DNA from: the human T2T-CHM13v2.0 reference genome, Homo sapiens
DNA length: 64,000 nucleotides
NCBI RefSeq assembly: GCF_009914755.1
Contig: NC_060943.1
Reading direction: 5' to 3' (one strand)
Shown: positions 56,074 through 64,000 of the stretch, one piece after another
Position numbering within the stretch: the first letter of the stretch is position 1
Layout of the letters: every line of letters starts with the position of its first letter
Translations under genes and position numbers: made by a program
Notes under the pieces: model-generated
Told to the model about the DNA's origin: nothing
Seen by the model: only the letters and a program-made list of their open reading frames with translations
Databases searched by the model: none

Positions 56074-56129
56074 CTTTCCGTGTGGCCTGAGGCCAGCCAC
56101 TCCACTCTCCCAGGCCTCAGTTTCCCCAT
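56074..56129 (-). CDS. ADAMTSL5: Alternative ADAMTSL5 first coding exon (MGKLRPGRVEWLASGHTER) inside a MIR; splices to 55366 to give 481 aa
   Basis: ATG at 56129, donor AAAG|gtaga at 56074, in-phase internal acceptor cccAG|GCCCCAC at 55366. Confidence 0.75.
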
Positions 56130-56783
56130 CTGTGCAGTGGGGGCCAAGTGGACTCAGTCCATGATTCTGTGACACCCTGCGGAAGGTGCGGCCGGCAGGG
56201 GCTGGATCAGGAGTTGGGTCCCTAGAAGAGGCCCTCAGCTGCACCCCGGCCCCAGGGCTCCCTCAGCTCCCAGACAGCAGGGAGTCCCCCGGATTGGGGA
56301 TGGGACAGGGAGGGGGTGACCTGGCCCAGGTCCGTTCGGTGCCTCATGGCCTCATCGGCGGAGGGGGTGGGACTGAGCTCCGGGGCAGCCCGTGGAGGGA
56401 AGGGGCCACTGCTGAGGCTGGAGCAGGGAAGGGGAGGAGGCTGACTGCCTCTCTGGGCCTTAGTTTCTCCATCCTGTCAGGGCAGGGATGAAGTCACTTG
56501 CCATCCACACCCTCCTCATGACCCCAGCCTGCAGGGGGAAAGGGGGGGGAAGGGAAGCAGCCGCCAAGTGAGCCAGGGCGTCCTGCTGCCAGCAGAGCCT
56601 GAAGGCAGGTGGGTGAGCCCCGGCCCGGGCACCAGCTGGGGAAGAGGCTGGGTCCCACCTGGACCCTGTTTCCCTGGCTCCAGCATTTGGACTTCTGAGG
56701 CACCAAGGGTCTAGGGTCCTGGGTATCTCTAGGTACTGAGACAGCTGTGTGGTCTGCTGCATCCGTGCCCCTCTCTGAGCCTA

Positions 56784-57269
<486 letters not shown>

Positions 57270-57379
57270 TCAATGGGCCCTGCCCAGAATCAAGGCTCTC
57301 CCCTCCCCGTGTGGGCTGCAGCCCGGACTGGCGGAGGGATCTCAAGGCAAGCCGCACCTCTGGGCCTCAGTTTCCCCCG

Positions 57380-58500
57380 GAGAAAGTGGGAGGATAGGCA
57401 GATGGACTTACCGGCTGCGCGGAGCCCAGGCAGCGCGTCCCGGCTCCCTGAGCGGCCCCAGGGCGAGCGGAAGCGGCGGGGCCCAAGGTGCTGGGCGGGG
57501 TGGGGAGCCTGGGACGGTCCCTCCCACCGCGGCCTCCGCAGGCGCGCCCAGGCCCGGGTCAGGAGGGGCGGCGGCCCCGGGCGCCCTCGCGCGGCGGGCG
57601 CGGATCTGCGGCAGGGGACTGCCCGGCGGACGCGAGCGCAGGGGTCCCGGAGCCGCAGGCTGGTGTCGGGCGCCCGGGTCCGGGTGACCTTGGCAGGCTC
57701 GGGCGGGGGCGCGGCGCGGGGACTGACCGCCCTCCTCTGCCCCGGGGCTGCTATTCCGGGCGCCGCGCTCAGGGCCCGGGAATGTGCGCGAACCGAGGTC
57801 ACCCCGCCCTGGGTCTGGGAGTCCCGGGCGCTGCCCCTACCCCGCCGACGCCCGGATTGCGTCCCACCGGCGTCCCCATCCCCGGTCACAGCCCCCTCCC
57901 CTGGTCCTGCCCCTCACCCCTCTCGCGGGGGGTCGACCTGCTCGTGGATGGGGACCCTGGCGCGCCTGGGCTCCCATCCGGGGGTTCCCCGACCCAGGTC
58001 CCGGTCACCCCCAGCGCAGGGCCCCAGCGCACTGGGGAGAGGCTCGGCCCCGTGGGCCGCGCGCGGGGGGCGGAGAGACCCTCCCAGCTGGCGCATTCCC
58101 GGGCGCTGCTGTCACCAGGGGACGCGCCCCACCCCGCCTCCCGCCCTCCCTGCCGGGCCCCGGGGCTGCCAGCGGGGCTTCAGAGCCAGACCCGGGTCCA
58201 GGCGGTCCCTCTCCCTCACAGCCGCGGCCACACCCTCTCCGGCCTCAGTTTCCCCATCCCAGCAGTGGGCCCGGCAGGGATCTCCACCGCGAACCTTCCA
58301 TCTGGAATCCGGCTCTGCGCGGACCGGCAACGCGAGGGGGCACCCCGGGACTCCCCCCACCCCACCCTTTCCCGCCGGGCGTCTGTGAGCCGCCCCGTGC
58401 CCACCCACGCAGGGATGAGACCAGGCCCTGGGTTCTGGGCTCCACCAGTTTCTGGTGTCGCCCCACGGCGCCCCCTGGCGGGCGGGCTGAGGGACTGGGG
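57380..58500 (-). promoter_or_regulatory. CpG island / promoter and exon 1 of ADAMTSL5
   Basis: CpG-dense with GC boxes; strong minus-strand donor at 57412. Confidence 0.75.
58466..58483 (-). promoter_or_regulatory. CTCF motif, reverse
   Basis: Reverse complement GCCCGCCAGGGGGCGCCG is a near-perfect consensus. Confidence 0.65.
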
Positions 58501-58909
58501 CACTAAAGGAGGGGGTGGAGGGACTGTCCTGCTCCCTGGGCTCCACCCAGGCTCGGTCTGAGCACCCCCTCCTCCAGGAAGCCCACCCTGCTGTCCCACA
58601 GCGCTGACCACAGGGAGAGAGGTTTGCTGGGGACATACAGGGTGTTGCTGGTCCAACTCAGTCTGCCCTCCAGCCTGTAGCATGTCAGCAGAGCCACCCA
58701 TATGCCATTTATTGAGCACCTACTGTGTGCACAGCTGTGAACAACCCAGCCAGTCCCAGGCCAGCGGGTAAGGCAGCCCCCTGGAATGTATGACCCCCCA
58801 CCTTCTGACCTGGACTATTGGAGAAAATAGCCCAGGCCCACCACTGATGGCCCCAGGTTGGGGGGTGGTGGTTGCGGGGATGTCAAGAAGGCCCTCACTG
58901 AAGGGGTCA

Positions 58910-59242
<333 letters not shown>

Positions 59243-59334
59243 TCAGCTCAGGACATGTGTCAATGTGTCATTAGGACAATTGTATCCTCCTCAGATGTGC
59301 CCCATTCCCAGATGTCCAGTCCACAGAGCTCCAC

Positions 59335-59750
59335 TGGGAGTGCAGACAGCAGGCCCTGTGCCCCGCAGGGAAGGTATACAGAAAGCACAGCGCCCACAGG
59401 GAGCACACACAGCAGGCATTATGCTCTGCAGGAAGGGTATACAGCAGGCGCTGCATCTTGTAGAAATGCATAGAGTAGACTCTGCCCTGCAAAGGAGTGT
59501 ATACAGTAGATATGGCACCTTCAGAGGAGTGCATACAGCAGTCACTGCATCCTGTAGAGAGTATATACAGCAGGTGCTGCATCCTGCAAGGAAGGTATAC
59601 AGCAGGTGCTGCATCCTGCAAGGAAGGTATACATAAGGCGCTGTCTCCTGCAGGGAGCGCATACAGTAGGCACTGAGTTCTATGGAAAGTGTACCCCGCA
59701 GCCCCTGTTCCCTCCTGGGAGTGCATACCGCAGCCACTGCACCCTGCGTG
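59335..59750. repeat. ~31-bp diverged VNTR (~13 copies)
   Basis: Units like tatacagcaggtgctgcatcctgcaaggaagg. Confidence 0.8.
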
Positions 59751-60149
59751 GGGGCTCTAGAGCTGGCAAGATTGGCAGAGGTGGTGGTGAAGATGTGGAG
59801 GGCTGCCCCCCACCCCCAGTTCTTGTCCCCTACTGTCTCCCACCTCTGTCCTCTGGATGTCCCTAGGAGGAGGCTGGGAGCTCAGCCTAAGACACCCGGT
59901 GTAGGTGGAGGGGGTGGCTGCTGAGGCTCAGAGGCTCCTGGGGTCCCAGTTGGGCGGGGTCCCAGCTTACTACATTCCCCTGCCCTTGCCTGGACCCTGA
60001 CCCAGGAATCAGCCGAGTCCCCCTACTCTGAATTTCAGCCTGGACCCCCTCCTTGAGGCAGCGTCAGGGCTAGAGGGGAGACTGAGACGCGGGTCCCGGC
60101 GGATGTGGATCAATTAGGTTCCATTTCCTTCATGGTTGTATGGCCTTGA

Positions 60150-60368
60150 GGCTTAAGGAATGCCGCGATCTGCTGTGTGACTGGGCTACAGTGAACAGTA
60201 TGGTACCCCACACTTCAAACTGTGTTCACAGGGTAGATTTCATGGTAAGGGTTCTTACCATAAAAGAACAAAAACAGTGGGACACAAGGGACCTCGGGAA
60301 GTGACAGGTAGGCCTGTCATCTTGAGTGTGGTGACTGCATATGTGCAAACTCATCAAATTGCAGACAC
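60150..60368 (+). mobile_element. Old L1M 3'UTR fragment
   Basis: agggtagatttcatggtaagggttcttacca...cttgagtgtggtga...aaactcatcaaattg. Confidence 0.55.
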
Positions 60369-60879
60369 TGGGCTGGGCACGGTGGCTCACGCCTGTAATC
60401 CCAGCACTTTGGGGATCCAAGGCCAGTGGATCACCTGAGGTCAGGAGTTCGAGAGCAGCCTGACCAGCAAGGTGAAACCCCGTCTCTACTAAAAATGCAA
60501 AACCTAGGACACGGTGGCCCCAGGATACCTCAACCTCCTGCGTGGACTGGGTGGGGCCTCCCCATCCCTGCCCCACAGACCCCTGGACCCCCCGGTCCCT
60601 GGGGCTGTCCGTCTGTTCCTGGGCACCAGCAGGGGCCACGCAGAGTTGGGACCCTCCCCGGCTGGAGTCACCCCATGGGACTCAGGGCCCTGGACCCTCC
60701 TTGGCCGCTGCTCGCCCGGTCCTCATTCTGTGCCGGTTTCTTGTGCACGCTCGGAATCTGTTCCCTGCAGGCACCCAGTGCCCCGGGCACCGTCCAGAAT
60801 TCCTGGAAGAGACCTCTTGCTTTCTTACCCCACTGCCCAGGCTCCAGGCCTGTGACATGGCCTCCCCAGGGTGCCCCTT

Positions 60880-62154
<1,275 letters not shown>

Positions 62155-62231
62155 TAGAGACAAGGTTTCAGGAACGAAACTCCGTCTCAAAAAAAAAAAG
62201 GTGATAACAATTACTATTTCATGATTATTGA

Positions 62232-62489
<258 letters not shown>

Positions 62490-63697
62490 TAGCCAGGATG
62501 GTCTCGATCTCCTGACATCATGATCCACCCACCTCGGCCTCCCAAAGTGCTGGGATTACAGGCGTGAGCCACTGCGCCCAGCCTTTTTTTTTTTTTTTTA
62601 AACAAATGTCCTTTTTCTGTTCCTGGATTCCATAAGACATTGAACTATTTGTCTCATAATTAGTAAAAAGACCCATGCAGATTAAAAATGGATTATTTCT
62701 GTGGTAATCGGGTGGGTTCTGATGCCCATGCAGCACCTTGAACACGGCTGGAGTTGATGAGTATCCCTGATGGGAAGTCGATGCTGCGTCCATGGAGAGA
62801 AGGGGCACGGGGATGAGTGTCCACCCAGCACCTAATGGAGATACAGACCCTCTCCCTGCCACTGGCGCTCCCTGTCAGGTGGGACAGACACCAGCAAGCT
62901 AGCAAGGAAACCATCATTCTGGGTTGTGGTGGAACTGGGGAGAAGCAGGCATGGATCACGTCTAGGGCATCTTGGGGCAGGGGCGGCCTCCTGGGCACAG
63001 GTGGCCCTTTCCTGCCTGGGCCTAAAAGCTAAGAAGAGGATGCCAGGCAAAGTCTGGGAGGGTGGCAGAGGGAACAGCACATGCAAAGGCCCTGTGGCAG
63101 GGTGAGCTTGGTGTGCGTCTGAGGACAAATGGGAAGGCCAGAAGGTTGATGTCTTGGCCTTGTGTCCTCATCTTGGGTGGTCAACTCTGGGGAATGTTGT
63201 ATTCAGTTCCTCAGAGGGTGCCTGATGAGTGTGGGACTCAGGGTGCCCCGGGGGTACCCAGCTCCCACCCTGCTCCCTGAACCAACTCTCTGCACTAAAG
63301 CCTTGCTTCAGGCTCTGCCTTTGGGGGAACCCACACAGATGGGCCAGGAGGGTTGAGTAACCTGCCCCAGCTGCCAGTGCTAAAGCCACCCACCTGGACA
63401 ATGTCAGTGGAGGAAGTGAAGAGAGTGGGTGAGAGGCCCCAACACTGAACCCCAGGCTCCCAGGAGAAGGAGGAGGTGGCTTAAAGGAGAACTGGAAAAA
63501 TGCATCCAGAAAGATGGGAAGGGGCCAGGCGCGGTGGCTCACACCTGTAATCCCAGCACTTTGGGAGGCTGAGGTGGGTGGATTACCTGAGGTTGAGAGG
63601 TCGAGACCAGCCTGACCAACATGGAGAAATCCGGTCTCTACTAAAAACACAAAATTAGCTGGATGTGGTGGTGCATGACTGTAATCCCAGCTACTCA

Positions 63698-64000
<303 letters not shown>

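Overview
Human genomic DNA, very GC-rich and Alu-dense. I recognise it as the chr19p13.3 gene cluster from the protein sequences. In order: the 3' part of APC2 (+; last nine exons including a 5,059-nt terminal coding segment), C19orf25 (-; 118 aa), PCSK4 (-; 15 coding exons, 755 aa), REEP6 (+; 6 coding exons, 211/184 aa, head-to-head with PCSK4) and ADAMTSL5 (-; 471 aa, or 481 aa from an alternative MIR-derived start exon). The last ~5.5 kb is repeat-rich intergenic DNA. Exon chains were reconstructed by hand from GT/AG junctions and give intact frames. Repeats include many Alus, a 5'-truncated SVA, L1, L2, MIR, MER20, MER58, MER53 and MLT1 fragments, several VNTRs and long polypurine tracts. 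Main leads: (1) a 241-codon open frame fills almost the whole REEP6 3'UTR and is reachable by +4 tandem splice donors; (2) APC2 and C19orf25 appear to share one 9-nt bidirectional poly(A) signal; (3) an exonised MIR supplies an ADAMTSL5 start codon; (4) the SVA appears to have deleted its target site; (5) convergent CTCF motifs bracket ADAMTSL5; (6) a promoter-like motif cluster sits inside an ADAMTSL5 intron. No prokaryotic system, CRISPR array, rRNA or tRNA was found.
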